Below are positions 10,035 to 19,201 of a DNA stretch of 27,884 nucleotides, one piece after another. Within the stretch, counting starts at the first letter, position 1. Every line of letters starts with the position of its first letter. Origin of the DNA: a virus (taxonomy: Duplodnaviria > Caudoviricetes); IMG/VR virus record IMGVR_UViG_3300042451_001385, positions 1-27,884 of that record; one strand, written 5' to 3'. The notes beneath the pieces were generated by a model that was given only the letters and a program-made list of their open reading frames with translations, did no database searches and was not told the DNA's origin. A program made the position numbers and the translations under genes.

Positions 10035-13000
10035 ATGGCAACCATATTTAAAAATATATTGAATAAGATAAAAGCAAACGCTAGTGAAGTTGGTAAAACG
10101 GTTGCTAAAGGAGCTGGAATTTTTGGGAAACGAAGTGCAAAAACAAAAGTTACCGGTGAAAACGAACCAAGAATATTTAGTGGTTTGCCTGTTGTGGGTG
10201 CAACTGCAGTTAGAAGCGCTGGTGGATTATTCTCATCTAGAGGAGCATCTGTTTCTGTTCAAAATAGTTCTGTTGAAGATATAGAAAATAAAATAACACA
10301 ACCAATATTTTCAGATACTTTAGAAAAATTACCACCACCCATTGTTAATAGAGACCCTAATTATTTAGGTACTGAAAACGCAGATATACAAAATAGATTT
10401 AGAATTTTTTCAAATATAAAGGGAGCAAGTATATTTGTAAATGGTGAAAATACATTTAAAGAAACTCCAAATAGTTTAAACTTTTTCTTTTCCGATATAC
10501 TAAAAGATGGGCAAAAAGTAATAACTTTAGAGAAGCAAGGATATGTTGCGGAAGAATCTTATGTAATAAATGTAATATCTAATAGAAGTGAAGCAGATGA
10601 ATTTATACAACCAGAACCAATAGATTATAGTATTCAAGGTTATGATTCCTTTTTTAGAAGAAATGATGTAACTGCAAGAGATTCTATTTTTAAACCTAAT
10701 TTAGCTTATTCATCAAAACCAAGATATCTATTCAATGTAACAAAAATTGTTGGTACTCAAACTGAAATTTTAGAAATAGATGATGCGCAATTCAAAAGCT
10801 TACAATTTACTTTAAATACAAAAAAAGAAGATGTACCAACCGAAGAAGATAAAAATGATATAACTGTTGAAGTTTCGGCAAAAAATCCATTAGCTGTAAA
10901 AGTAACTATAATAAGGTCAGGAATAAATCTAATTAGAGGTTCACAGGCTTTACCTATTACACTACAAGCTGGACTTAATAAAATAAGTGCACCTAAAAAT
11001 TCTAAAATAAAAATAGAATCTGCAGATTTAACATCATATAGAATAACTGAAATAGCTGCTTCTGGTAAAACAACTAATTACGAAACACAAAAAGCATCAA
11101 ATTCCACAAGTTTATCAACTACGTTAGATTTGTTGGAAGATATATCATTTGGCGTAACTACGGAAGATTTGGAGGTAATAGTATTGGATATACCAACTAT
11201 AAAATTAAACAATCCTTCTGTAGATAGAATATACAACAAAAATACTAATACTGGATTACCAATTGGTATAACTAAAACTGGAACATTAACTAGATTAGTT
11301 GCATATGTAAATAATAAAGAATTTAACTTTAGTGATTTAGGAAATACAAACGGAAGTGGTGAAGCCAATTTAGGAATCGTAATACCAGCTAATGTTATAA
11401 CTACAGTAGGTAGATATAAAGTTGTATTAATACCATATAATGTAAATAATGCAGGTGAATCAATTGAAATTTTATATAATGTAGTTGATGATGTATTTGT
11501 TGAGGTTCCTGATATATTTGATATAACATATCCAAGTGAAATACAAGCAGCAGATTACGTTGGTACTGATGTAAATTTCAAAATAAAATTTGATTCAAAG
11601 AATACAACATACGTTAGAATATACTTTGGAGAAGCTTGGCAACAAATACCTGCATCAGGAGAATATCAATTAAATGTACAACAAGCATTAGATTTACTTA
11701 ATAAAAAATATACAGAAAGTGAAACTGATATAAACTTTTCTCTTAAATTAATACCATATAACACATCTGGTAAAGAAGTAGTTGAGGGAAAATCGGAAAT
11801 AATATCAATTAAATTTAATAAAGGAAAATTATTTGTACCTAGAGCAGTAGCAATTAATAGAATAACAGATTCATTTAAATCCTTATTAGATTTTGTTGAA
11901 GCTGAGGATGAATCATCTAAATACTTAACTCACTTATTACATCTTGGTAATGGTAATAATAAAGTTATTACAACTTGGACTGGTAGCAAGGATTCACTAA
12001 TTTTAAAATTATATGAACCAATTGGAACTGATATACAACCAAATGATTTGGTATGGATTTCAAAACCACAAGCAAATCCAATAATTGAAACTGTAACTTT
12101 AGTTTCAAATCCACAAACGCAATGTAATTCATTAAAAGGACCTAATTTTTTATTGGAGATTGATAATGGTATTGGTTGGTCTGTGTATGATGAGTTAATA
12201 TCAAATGGTTCTGAAACATCTACACAATTAGTAAATAAAATAGCAAGTGGGTCTAAAATAGATACTACTAAATTAGATATATTATATGTAAGTGGTTCTG
12301 AATTACTATTTCAAAATTTTGTAAATTATAGTTCGGCTGAAGAAAGAGTTAATAATTTTTACTATAAAGTTCAATTAGTAGAAGCATATCAATCTAAGTA
12401 CAATTCTATAATGAGTGGTTCTGGTGGAACTTCATCAGATGTATATAATAATGCACAAAGATACAAAGATTCTATAAATGAGATAGTTAATAACTTTGAT
12501 GGGTTTGAAAACTTTTTATATACAGACACAGAATATGATACAACTATATCATATCCAAAAGATGTAAATGGTAATTTAAAACCATCTACTCATATTGATT
12601 CTGTGGCTTGGTTGGATTATATAAGTTCTTTATCAAATTATTACGATAGAGATAATCCAAACTACTTAGTAAACAACATACCTGAATTTATAAAAGAAGA
12701 TTATAATAACGAAGATTTTTTCCTATTTTTAAATATGATAGGAAATCACTTTGATATTTTGTGGATGTATATAAATGCATTTGCAAGAAATAAAATATCT
12801 CACCATAAAAAGAATTTAGGTGTTATAGATGATATGGTATTCCATATGTTAGAAAGTTTTGGTTGGGATACTAAAAAAGCATTCGATTCTCAATTCCTTT
12901 GGGAATATGCATTTGGTTTAAATAAAGATGGTTCTCAGAAATACGGAATATCTTTAGCAGATGCTAATCAAGAAGTATGGAGAAGAATTTTAAATAACTT

Positions 13001-15275
13001 ACCATACCTATTGAAACATAAAGGTACTGCTAGAGCTATGAAAGCTATTATGGCTTGTTATGGTGTACCACAATCTATGTTGACAATAATGGAGTTTGGT
13101 GGTCCACAAGACCCAACTCGTGGTGGTGTTACACAATTTACATTTGATGATAGAACGGCAGCTATAAATTTAAATGAACAATCTGCAATAAAAGTTCCTT
13201 GGCATGATTTCCAAACCGAAGGATATCCGAATTGTATAGAGTTAAGAGTACTACCATCTAAAATACCAAACACAATATACAATATTGTATCTGGTAGTGA
13301 ATGGTCTTTAGACTTGGTAAGTACAACTGGTTCTTTTGCTAAATTAGAATTAAATTTTGGTGGAGATATAGCAGCATCTCCTTATATGGAAACTCCATTT
13401 ATAAGCGCTTCTGTTTCAACTACATATTTTGATACATCAATTGAATATGTGCTTGGGCCTGATGTTAAAACAGGAAGTTTAGATTTTCCAATATCAACAG
13501 AGTACTATTCGAATATTGCTATCAATAGATATAATAGTCCTGGTACTGGATCTTGGTATGAAGTTTGGCTAGCAACTACTGACGGTCAAAGAATAATAAC
13601 ATCAGTTAGTATGTCTTTGTTTACATTGGATAGCCAATGGGAAACTGGTTCTACTTTACAAATAGGAGGTGGTGGATATGCTGGTAATGTGGATGAATTC
13701 CGTTTATGGAGAGTACCTCTACAAAAAAGTAAATTTAATAATCATACTCTATTCCCAGATGCAATTAATGGTAACTCATATACAGCATCAACTTCGGATT
13801 TAATATTCCGATTGGATTTTGAATATCCAAAAGATAGAACATTAGATAATAATATTAAAAACGTTGCTATAAATGATGCATACGGAGAACCATATGCATA
13901 TGCACAAAACTTTTATTCAGCATCAACATATCCTTACCAATATGACCCATATGATAGAACTGTAACTGCAAATGTTCCATCTTCTGGATTTGGATATGGT
14001 AATAAGATTAGATTTGAAGACATTGAAATTGAATCTGGTAAAACTTTATCTCACAAAGCAAGAGCAACTAAAAAATCATTTGATAGAGCTCCAATAGATT
14101 CAAATCGTTTAGGATTATTTTTCTCTCCAATTAAGGAGTTAAATATGGATATCTTAAAAGCATTTGGTGATTTCAATATTGATAATTATATTGGTGACCC
14201 TAGAGATGAATATAAAGATGAGTATAGAGAACTGGATAAATTAAGAGAATACTATTTCCAAAGACTTGATAGAAATATAAATGAATATATTCAACTTGTT
14301 AGATATATTAATAAATCATTATTTGATGTATTGGAAGATGTTACTCCTGCTAGAGCAAAAATATCTAAAGGTTTATTAATTGAACCTCACTTTTTAGAAA
14401 GAAATAAAACCAAATGGATAAAACCAGTATCACAAAAGTTAGATTATGATAGTAGTATAAATGTTGATGAGAATAACAAAGTAGATTCTTCATATGAATC
14501 AAAAGATGCTGATTTAGATGCAACAAATTTAGTTGTATTTGATAATTCATACGATACATATGATACATCTTTGGATGCTACCGAAATTATCAATTTAGAT
14601 GCAACAAATCCAAACTACGAATCAACAATAAATGCTATACCTGATAATTTAATAGAATCAACTTATCCAACATATCCACCAACTGGTTCGGTTAATATAC
14701 AATGTTATTTTGAAGCGGAATTAATAGGACAGGCTGATAGTTTTAAATTTACTGAAATTGGTATGGATAAAAATTCATTATCTAATTTGGGATTTGGATT
14801 GTATGGAAAAAATGGAGTAGCTAGGGTTAGTAGTATTGATATATTTGGAAACAAAATATCAAGTAATCAAAACGTTTTCTTAGTAAAAGAGAAATATACA
14901 GAAAAAATACCAACACAAACTGGTGGATGGCCGGCAACAAATTCTGGTCAAATAGTATATGAGGATATAAAAATAGATAAATACAAATATAAAATATCTT
15001 TATTACCATTAGCCGCTGGAAATGAAGCAGGACCCGCTGTTGTTGATAATATTGTAGAAGTTACTCCTTTGCATGGATATTTCCCAACTCATTATAAATT
15101 TGTTGGAAATCTAAGTGAAGGATTACAAAGGTCTTACTACAAAGGGTCAGTTCAATCAATAGCAACAACACCAGATGGTTTAGACCCAGTAGAAACATTC
15201 ACTACAAATCCTAATATTCTTAAAGTTGCTAAGACTGGTAGAGGTAGTGGTGAACCGATACTTGAAGTAGATTAA
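10035..15275 (+). CDS. Large baseplate wedge protein (T4 gp7 / P2 gpI-like core) with PEGA/Ig-like and LamG-like domains
   Basis: LVNNIPEFIKED...FLNMIGNHFD...RRILNNLPYLLKHKGTARAMKA (gp7/gpI KGT motif); PEGA-like SNIKGASIFVNG..TP...ITLEKQGY; LamG-like LQIGG..YAGNVDEFRLW. Confidence 0.7.
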   Translation: MATIFKNILNKIKANASEVGKTVAKGAGIFGKRSAKTKVTGENEPRIFSGLPVVGATAVRSAGGLFSSRGASVSVQNSSVEDIENKITQPIFSDTLEKLPPPIVNRDPNYLGTENADIQNRFRIFSNIKGASIFVNGENTFKETPNSLNFFFSDILKDGQKVITLEKQGYVAEESYVINVISNRSEADEFIQPEPIDYSIQGYDSFFRRNDVTARDSIFKPNLAYSSKPRYLFNVTKIVGTQTEILEIDDAQFKSLQFTLNTKKEDVPTEEDKNDITVEVSAKNPLAVKVTIIRSGINLIRGSQALPITLQAGLNKISAPKNSKIKIESADLTSYRITEIAASGKTTNYETQKASNSTSLSTTLDLLEDISFGVTTEDLEVIVLDIPTIKLNNPSVDRIYNKNTNTGLPIGITKTGTLTRLVAYVNNKEFNFSDLGNTNGSGEANLGIVIPANVITTVGRYKVVLIPYNVNNAGESIEILYNVVDDVFVEVPDIFDITYPSEIQAADYVGTDVNFKIKFDSKNTTYVRIYFGEAWQQIPASGEYQLNVQQALDLLNKKYTESETDINFSLKLIPYNTSGKEVVEGKSEIISIKFNKGKLFVPRAVAINRITDSFKSLLDFVEAEDESSKYLTHLLHLGNGNNKVITTWTGSKDSLILKLYEPIGTDIQPNDLVWISKPQANPIIETVTLVSNPQTQCNSLKGPNFLLEIDNGIGWSVYDELISNGSETSTQLVNKIASGSKIDTTKLDILYVSGSELLFQNFVNYSSAEERVNNFYYKVQLVEAYQSKYNSIMSGSGGTSSDVYNNAQRYKDSINEIVNNFDGFENFLYTDTEYDTTISYPKDVNGNLKPSTHIDSVAWLDYISSLSNYYDRDNPNYLVNNIPEFIKEDYNNEDFFLFLNMIGNHFDILWMYINAFARNKISHHKKNLGVIDDMVFHMLESFGWDTKKAFDSQFLWEYAFGLNKDGSQKYGISLADANQEVWRRILNNLPYLLKHKGTARAMKAIMACYGVPQSMLTIMEFGGPQDPTRGGVTQFTFDDRTAAINLNEQSAIKVPWHDFQTEGYPNCIELRVLPSKIPNTIYNIVSGSEWSLDLVSTTGSFAKLELNFGGDIAASPYMETPFISASVSTTYFDTSIEYVLGPDVKTGSLDFPISTEYYSNIAINRYNSPGTGSWYEVWLATTDGQRIITSVSMSLFTLDSQWETGSTLQIGGGGYAGNVDEFRLWRVPLQKSKFNNHTLFPDAINGNSYTASTSDLIFRLDFEYPKDRTLDNNIKNVAINDAYGEPYAYAQNFYSASTYPYQYDPYDRTVTANVPSSGFGYGNKIRFEDIEIESGKTLSHKARATKKSFDRAPIDSNRLGLFFSPIKELNMDILKAFGDFNIDNYIGDPRDEYKDEYRELDKLREYYFQRLDRNINEYIQLVRYINKSLFDVLEDVTPARAKISKGLLIEPHFLERNKTKWIKPVSQKLDYDSSINVDENNKVDSSYESKDADLDATNLVVFDNSYDTYDTSLDATEIINLDATNPNYESTINAIPDNLIESTYPTYPPTGSVNIQCYFEAELIGQADSFKFTEIGMDKNSLSNLGFGLYGKNGVARVSSIDIFGNKISSNQNVFLVKEKYTEKIPTQTGGWPATNSGQIVYEDIKIDKYKYKISLLPLAAGNEAGPAVVDNIVEVTPLHGYFPTHYKFVGNLSEGLQRSYYKGSVQSIATTPDGLDPVETFTTNPNILKVAKTGRGSGEPILEVD

Positions 15276-15295
15276 GATGAAAATATTAATTGGTT

Positions 15296-15304
15296 ATATT
15301 TATT
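15296..15304 (+). promoter_or_regulatory. ATATTTATT motif, putative late promoter
   Basis: Recurrent intergenic motif, 39 nt before ATG at 15335. Confidence 0.55.
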
Positions 15305-15334
15305 TTAGAAATACGTTTAAAAAAACAATAAAAA

Positions 15335-15961
15335 ATGGCATATTTAGATAACACCGAAATTACGGTAGATGCAATTCTTACCAAAAAGGGAAGACAAAAA
15401 TTAGCATCAGGTCAACGTCTTGACATTACAAAGTTCGCTTTGGGTGATGATGAGATTGATTATACATTATATGAGCCAGCACACCCAAAAGGTTCGGCTT
15501 ATTACGATTCAGCAATTAGAGCAATTCCTGTAACGGAAGCATCGCCTGATGAAACTCAAGTATTGAGATACAAATTGGTTACATTACCAAAAGGTACAAC
15601 TAAAATACCTGTTGTAGCATTGGGTATAAACCAAATTGGAGTTTATCAATATGAAGGTGGTGTGGCAATGACACCTACAACTTCACCTGCTGGAAATCAA
15701 AACACAGGATATACAGTAGTATTGGCAAATCAAAATGCTGGTACATTAACTGTGACAAGAGGAGCTAACGCAGTTGGTTCTGTTCCTGTATTCTTAGGTG
15801 AAGAAGTAACAACAACAGCACAAGTAGTAAGTGGTTTAGAATTTAGATTTACACCAAATCCAAACCTAACAACTGATATTAGAACTACTATCACTGTGTA
15901 TGGTAACGAAACGGGTGGTTCTCAAAGTATCCCTGTAACTGTAACATATAGACAACAATAA
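15335..15961 (+). CDS. Virion structural protein resembling the N-terminal part of tail-collar/fibre attachment domains
   Basis: DAILTKKGRQKLA...ITKFALGDDE resembles the LT..G...LA....IT.FA.GD start of DUF3751-type tail-collar proteins. Confidence 0.55.
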   Translation: MAYLDNTEITVDAILTKKGRQKLASGQRLDITKFALGDDEIDYTLYEPAHPKGSAYYDSAIRAIPVTEASPDETQVLRYKLVTLPKGTTKIPVVALGINQIGVYQYEGGVAMTPTTSPAGNQNTGYTVVLANQNAGTLTVTRGANAVGSVPVFLGEEVTTTAQVVSGLEFRFTPNPNLTTDIRTTITVYGNETGGSQSIPVTVTYRQQ

Positions 15962-15976
15962 TAAAAGTAACATAAT

Positions 15977-17215
15977 ATGGCAGAACAAATAACATCGCCC
16001 GAAATTACGGCGGCCTTACAAGAAGAAATAACTCGTACAGGTGGATTTGATTTAGATAATTTAATATCAAGAGTAAACGCAGTTTTACCTGCTGGAAAGC
16101 AAGTGGGTACTAACATTGGAGTTACTACTGGTGTATATAAAAGATTTGGTGATTTTGATAAAGTTAATGCTAAAGTTGAAGTAGTAACCACTGGTTTGTG
16201 GACTAATGATTCAGCATCATTAACATCATTTTACACCTCATCTACACAATCGCAAACAGCGGTTGGTAAATACTACTTTAATGTATTTGATGTTAATCCA
16301 ACATCATCTGATTCAGAAGAAGTACAATTTGCAATAGCATATGGACATGTTTATGCTAGTGGTTCAGCAACATTGGATATTGATCCTGATTCTTTATTAG
16401 AAACAAAAGGAACATACGCTCAGTATAAATCAATGTTATTAGAACCAACTGATAATTTCTTCTCTTTTGATAATAGTTCTGCAATAGCAACAGATTCTAA
16501 CGATATATACGTTATCAATGTAGCTAGAGCTAGATATAGAGAGCAAATGGATGCTGGTAACTGGTCATTAAAACTTTCTGGTACTAATGGAACATTTACT
16601 TTCATTGATGATAGTGGTAAGAAATTTGGCGATACATTGGGTAAAGCTGGTAGAGTATTTAAGATTGTATCTGGTTCTTTAAATTTAGGAACGCAAAATG
16701 ATGCAACTGTTTATTCTGAAACAGCAGCAAATGGTTTAGGTTATGGTTTATTCTATCCTGATAGAGGTATATTGGTAATAAACCCAGCTGCAATAGCTAA
16801 CACTGTTGGAAACGTTCCTACACAAACCGTATATACGGAGGATGGATTGTTTGTAATAAGTGGAAGTTTAGCTGGAAACTTAGGAACTGATAAAGCTCAA
16901 TATAACCACGCTAGATTATATTCAGCTATTAAAGATGGAGCTGATTTTGATGCTCGTAGAACTGAAAATATTTCTACACAACATTTCTTTGTAAGAGCAA
17001 CAAATAGAGAATTTAACTACTCAAATAATCCAACGTATGTAAATGCGGATGGTACATTTGCGGAAGTAACATTTAATACTGACCCACAAACTTTTGTAAC
17101 AACTGTTGGATTGATGAATGATTCAAATGAATTGATAGCTGTGGCTAAAACATCTCAACCAATTGTTAAATCGTTTGATAGAGAAATATTGATAAAAGTT
17201 AAATTATCATTCTAA
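15977..17215 (+). CDS. Virion structural protein (tail-collar-like C-terminal domain), paralog of 17294-18232
   Basis: EFNYSNNPT...FVTTVGLMNDSNELIAVAKTSQPIVK motif shared with the next gene. Confidence 0.65.
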   Translation: MAEQITSPEITAALQEEITRTGGFDLDNLISRVNAVLPAGKQVGTNIGVTTGVYKRFGDFDKVNAKVEVVTTGLWTNDSASLTSFYTSSTQSQTAVGKYYFNVFDVNPTSSDSEEVQFAIAYGHVYASGSATLDIDPDSLLETKGTYAQYKSMLLEPTDNFFSFDNSSAIATDSNDIYVINVARARYREQMDAGNWSLKLSGTNGTFTFIDDSGKKFGDTLGKAGRVFKIVSGSLNLGTQNDATVYSETAANGLGYGLFYPDRGILVINPAAIANTVGNVPTQTVYTEDGLFVISGSLAGNLGTDKAQYNHARLYSAIKDGADFDARRTENISTQHFFVRATNREFNYSNNPTYVNADGTFAEVTFNTDPQTFVTTVGLMNDSNELIAVAKTSQPIVKSFDREILIKVKLSF

Positions 17216-17234
17216 TTACAATTTTTACTAATAT

Positions 17235-17261
17235 AAAAGCCCCCTTCAATGGGGGTTTTTT
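17235..17261 (+). terminator. Intrinsic terminator, possibly bidirectional
   Basis: AAAAGCCCCC-TTCAAT-GGGGGTTTTTT: GC stem flanked by A and T tracts, just after the stop at 17215. Confidence 0.85.
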
Positions 17262-17270
17262 ATTTTAGAA

Positions 17271-17279
17271 ATATTTATA
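17271..17279 (+). promoter_or_regulatory. ATATTTATA motif, putative late promoter re-initiating after the terminator
   Basis: Lies just downstream of the terminator and 23 nt before ATG at 17294. Confidence 0.65.
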
Positions 17280-17293
17280 TAAAATCAAAGTAG

Positions 17294-18232
17294 ATGTTAA
17301 AAGAAATTCCACAATCGGATATTATCGTAAGACCTTTCAAAGTTTATAAAGAATGGAGATTGGATGAAAATGATATTCCACCTATATATGGTGAAGATAA
17401 TACTGGTACTTTTGTAGATTTGGATGGTGAGATACCAAGTAATGGAAAGAATAAAAAAGTGGTATATGCATCAATAAAATCACAATTTTATCTAAACTCA
17501 GCAACTGCTTCAATTTTGACTGAAGTTGGTAGGAGAATATCATATGCATCCACCAATGAAAGAAATTTAGAAAATGAATTAGTAGTAATATCAGTACCTC
17601 AACAATTTTACGGAGAAGGTATAAAGTACAACTCTGTAAGAATTGAGGATAACCAAACATCAAAAGTTTATACAGATGATGGTTATTCAAATTTATTAGA
17701 TTCTACTGGAAGTATATGTGGTAATGTATTTTATGATAGAGGGTTGGTTGTATTATCAAAGGGAATTATATCTGGTTCAAGTATGGGCTCATTCTTTTTG
17801 GATTTCCGTTCAACCAAAACAATATATGAAAATGAAATATTCCTTTCTGTTTTAGAAAATGAATTTAATGTATCGCAAAACCCAACCGCAGTTTATGAAA
17901 TTGGTGGTAAAGTTGAAAACGTAACAATAACAAATCCATATAAAACAGATGGTAGTACATTAACAAAAAAAGTATATACAGCCGGCACAAAATATATTAG
18001 AACTAATCAATATCCATTTACATCTTCATTAGATTCTACTAAAAATGCTAGTTTCGATGATTATTTGATAAGTGGTTCTGTTGACCCTACTGGTTCATAT
18101 TTAGCGCCATATATTACAACTATTGGTTTATATGATGATGATTTGAATTTAGTTGCGATTGCTAAATTACCACAACCCATTAAGTCTTTACCTGATTATC
18201 CGTTGAACTTCATAATTAGGTTTGATACTTAA
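17294..18232 (+). CDS. Virion structural protein (tail-collar-like C-terminal domain), paralog of 15977-17215
   Basis: GNVFYDRG, EFNVSQNPT and PYITTIGLYDDDLNLVAIAKLPQPIK motifs match the preceding gene. Confidence 0.65.
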   Translation: MLKEIPQSDIIVRPFKVYKEWRLDENDIPPIYGEDNTGTFVDLDGEIPSNGKNKKVVYASIKSQFYLNSATASILTEVGRRISYASTNERNLENELVVISVPQQFYGEGIKYNSVRIEDNQTSKVYTDDGYSNLLDSTGSICGNVFYDRGLVVLSKGIISGSSMGSFFLDFRSTKTIYENEIFLSVLENEFNVSQNPTAVYEIGGKVENVTITNPYKTDGSTLTKKVYTAGTKYIRTNQYPFTSSLDSTKNASFDDYLISGSVDPTGSYLAPYITTIGLYDDDLNLVAIAKLPQPIKSLPDYPLNFIIRFDT

Positions 18233-18245
18233 ACAAAAAAATGTT

Positions 18246-18254
18246 ATATTTATT
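18246..18254 (+). promoter_or_regulatory. ATATTTATT motif, putative late promoter
   Basis: GTTATATTTATT is identical to the copy at 15293-15304; 28 nt before ATG at 18274. Confidence 0.55.
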
Positions 18255-18273
18255 ACTATAAAACAATAACAAA

Positions 18274-18525
18274 ATGGCAGATAAGAGCATTGTAAGTAAG
18301 AAAATACCATATCAGGGAGCAGTTGATACTAAAGGTATAGATAAAACACCAATAGAAGCAAGTGTATTTCCTTTTCCAAATTCTTTAGATTTATCTAAAG
18401 ATGTAGCTAGAATAAAAAAAGGTAGAGGTGGTGACTTGGGTTCTAATTCAAGAGTACCTGCTCAATATGTGGGTGGATACAACGATATTAAGCCTTATAG
18501 CAAAGTGGTAAAAAAGAATCCATAA
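18274..18525 (+). CDS. Small basic hypothetical protein
   Basis: 83-aa ORF with an A-rich leader and its own ATATTTAT motif. Confidence 0.7.
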   Translation: MADKSIVSKKIPYQGAVDTKGIDKTPIEASVFPFPNSLDLSKDVARIKKGRGGDLGSNSRVPAQYVGGYNDIKPYSKVVKKNP

Positions 18526-18534
18526 TTAGATTAA

Positions 18535-18945
18535 ATGTCTTGGAAATTTAATGGAAATATTGTTACAGAGGAAAACACACCGGAAGGTGCGGTTGGGTTT
18601 GTCTATAAAATGATACACATACCAACTGGTAGATTTTATATAGGGAAGAAATCCCTAAATCAGGTTCGAAGATTGAAGCCCCTTAAGGGCAAGACTAGAA
18701 AGAGAGTTGTTAGAAGTGCTTCCGATTGGGAGAAATACTATTCATCAAACGAATGGATTAAATCCGAAGTAAAAGAAGGTAGAGCTGGTGATTTTGAAAG
18801 AGAGATTATCCAGTTTTGCTTTTCCAAAAAATCCTTATCATATTACGAAATTAAATGGCAGTTTCATTACGATGTACTAGCCAACGAACAAGCAATAAAC
18901 GAAAACCTTATGGGAAAATTCTTCCGTAGGGATATTATAAACTAA
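18535..18945 (+). CDS. Small GIY-YIG family endonuclease (Seg-like catalytic domain)
   Basis: GFVYKM...RFYIGKK (GIY-YIG), SDWEKYYSS, F.REII, conserved E and N near the C-terminus. Confidence 0.8.
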   Translation: MSWKFNGNIVTEENTPEGAVGFVYKMIHIPTGRFYIGKKSLNQVRRLKPLKGKTRKRVVRSASDWEKYYSSNEWIKSEVKEGRAGDFEREIIQFCFSKKSLSYYEIKWQFHYDVLANEQAINENLMGKFFRRDIIN

Positions 18946-18949
18946 AGTT

Positions 18950-19150
18950 ATGACAATACCTGAAATCGCTCATAAGTACGGAATCTCCGAAGCTTATTTA
19001 AACGCAAAAGATGATGCACTTCAAATAGCGGCAGCATCATTAGTAGACCTTAAAGGAATGGTAACAAATAATGTACCAAGAGAACAAATCGCTAACAAAT
19101 TACAATTTTTAGCAGATTTCCTTTATGATGTAAAGAATTCTAACCATTAA
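18950..19150 (+). CDS. Small hypothetical protein
   Basis: 66-aa ORF filling the gap between the nuclease and the primase promoter; N-terminus MTIPEIAHKYGISE is weakly HTH-like. Confidence 0.65.
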   Translation: MTIPEIAHKYGISEAYLNAKDDALQIAAASLVDLKGMVTNNVPREQIANKLQFLADFLYDVKNSNH

Positions 19151-19182
19151 TTAGGTTATATCAGATAATTTTCGTATATTTG
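19151..19182 (+). promoter_or_regulatory. Bacteroidota-type housekeeping promoter (-33 TTAG / -7 TATATTTG)
   Basis: TATATTTG at 19175-19182 matches TAnnTTTG exactly; TTAG at 19151-19154 (consensus TTTG) lies 20 nt upstream. Confidence 0.7.
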
Positions 19183-19201
19183 TGATAATAATATCCAAAC
19201 T

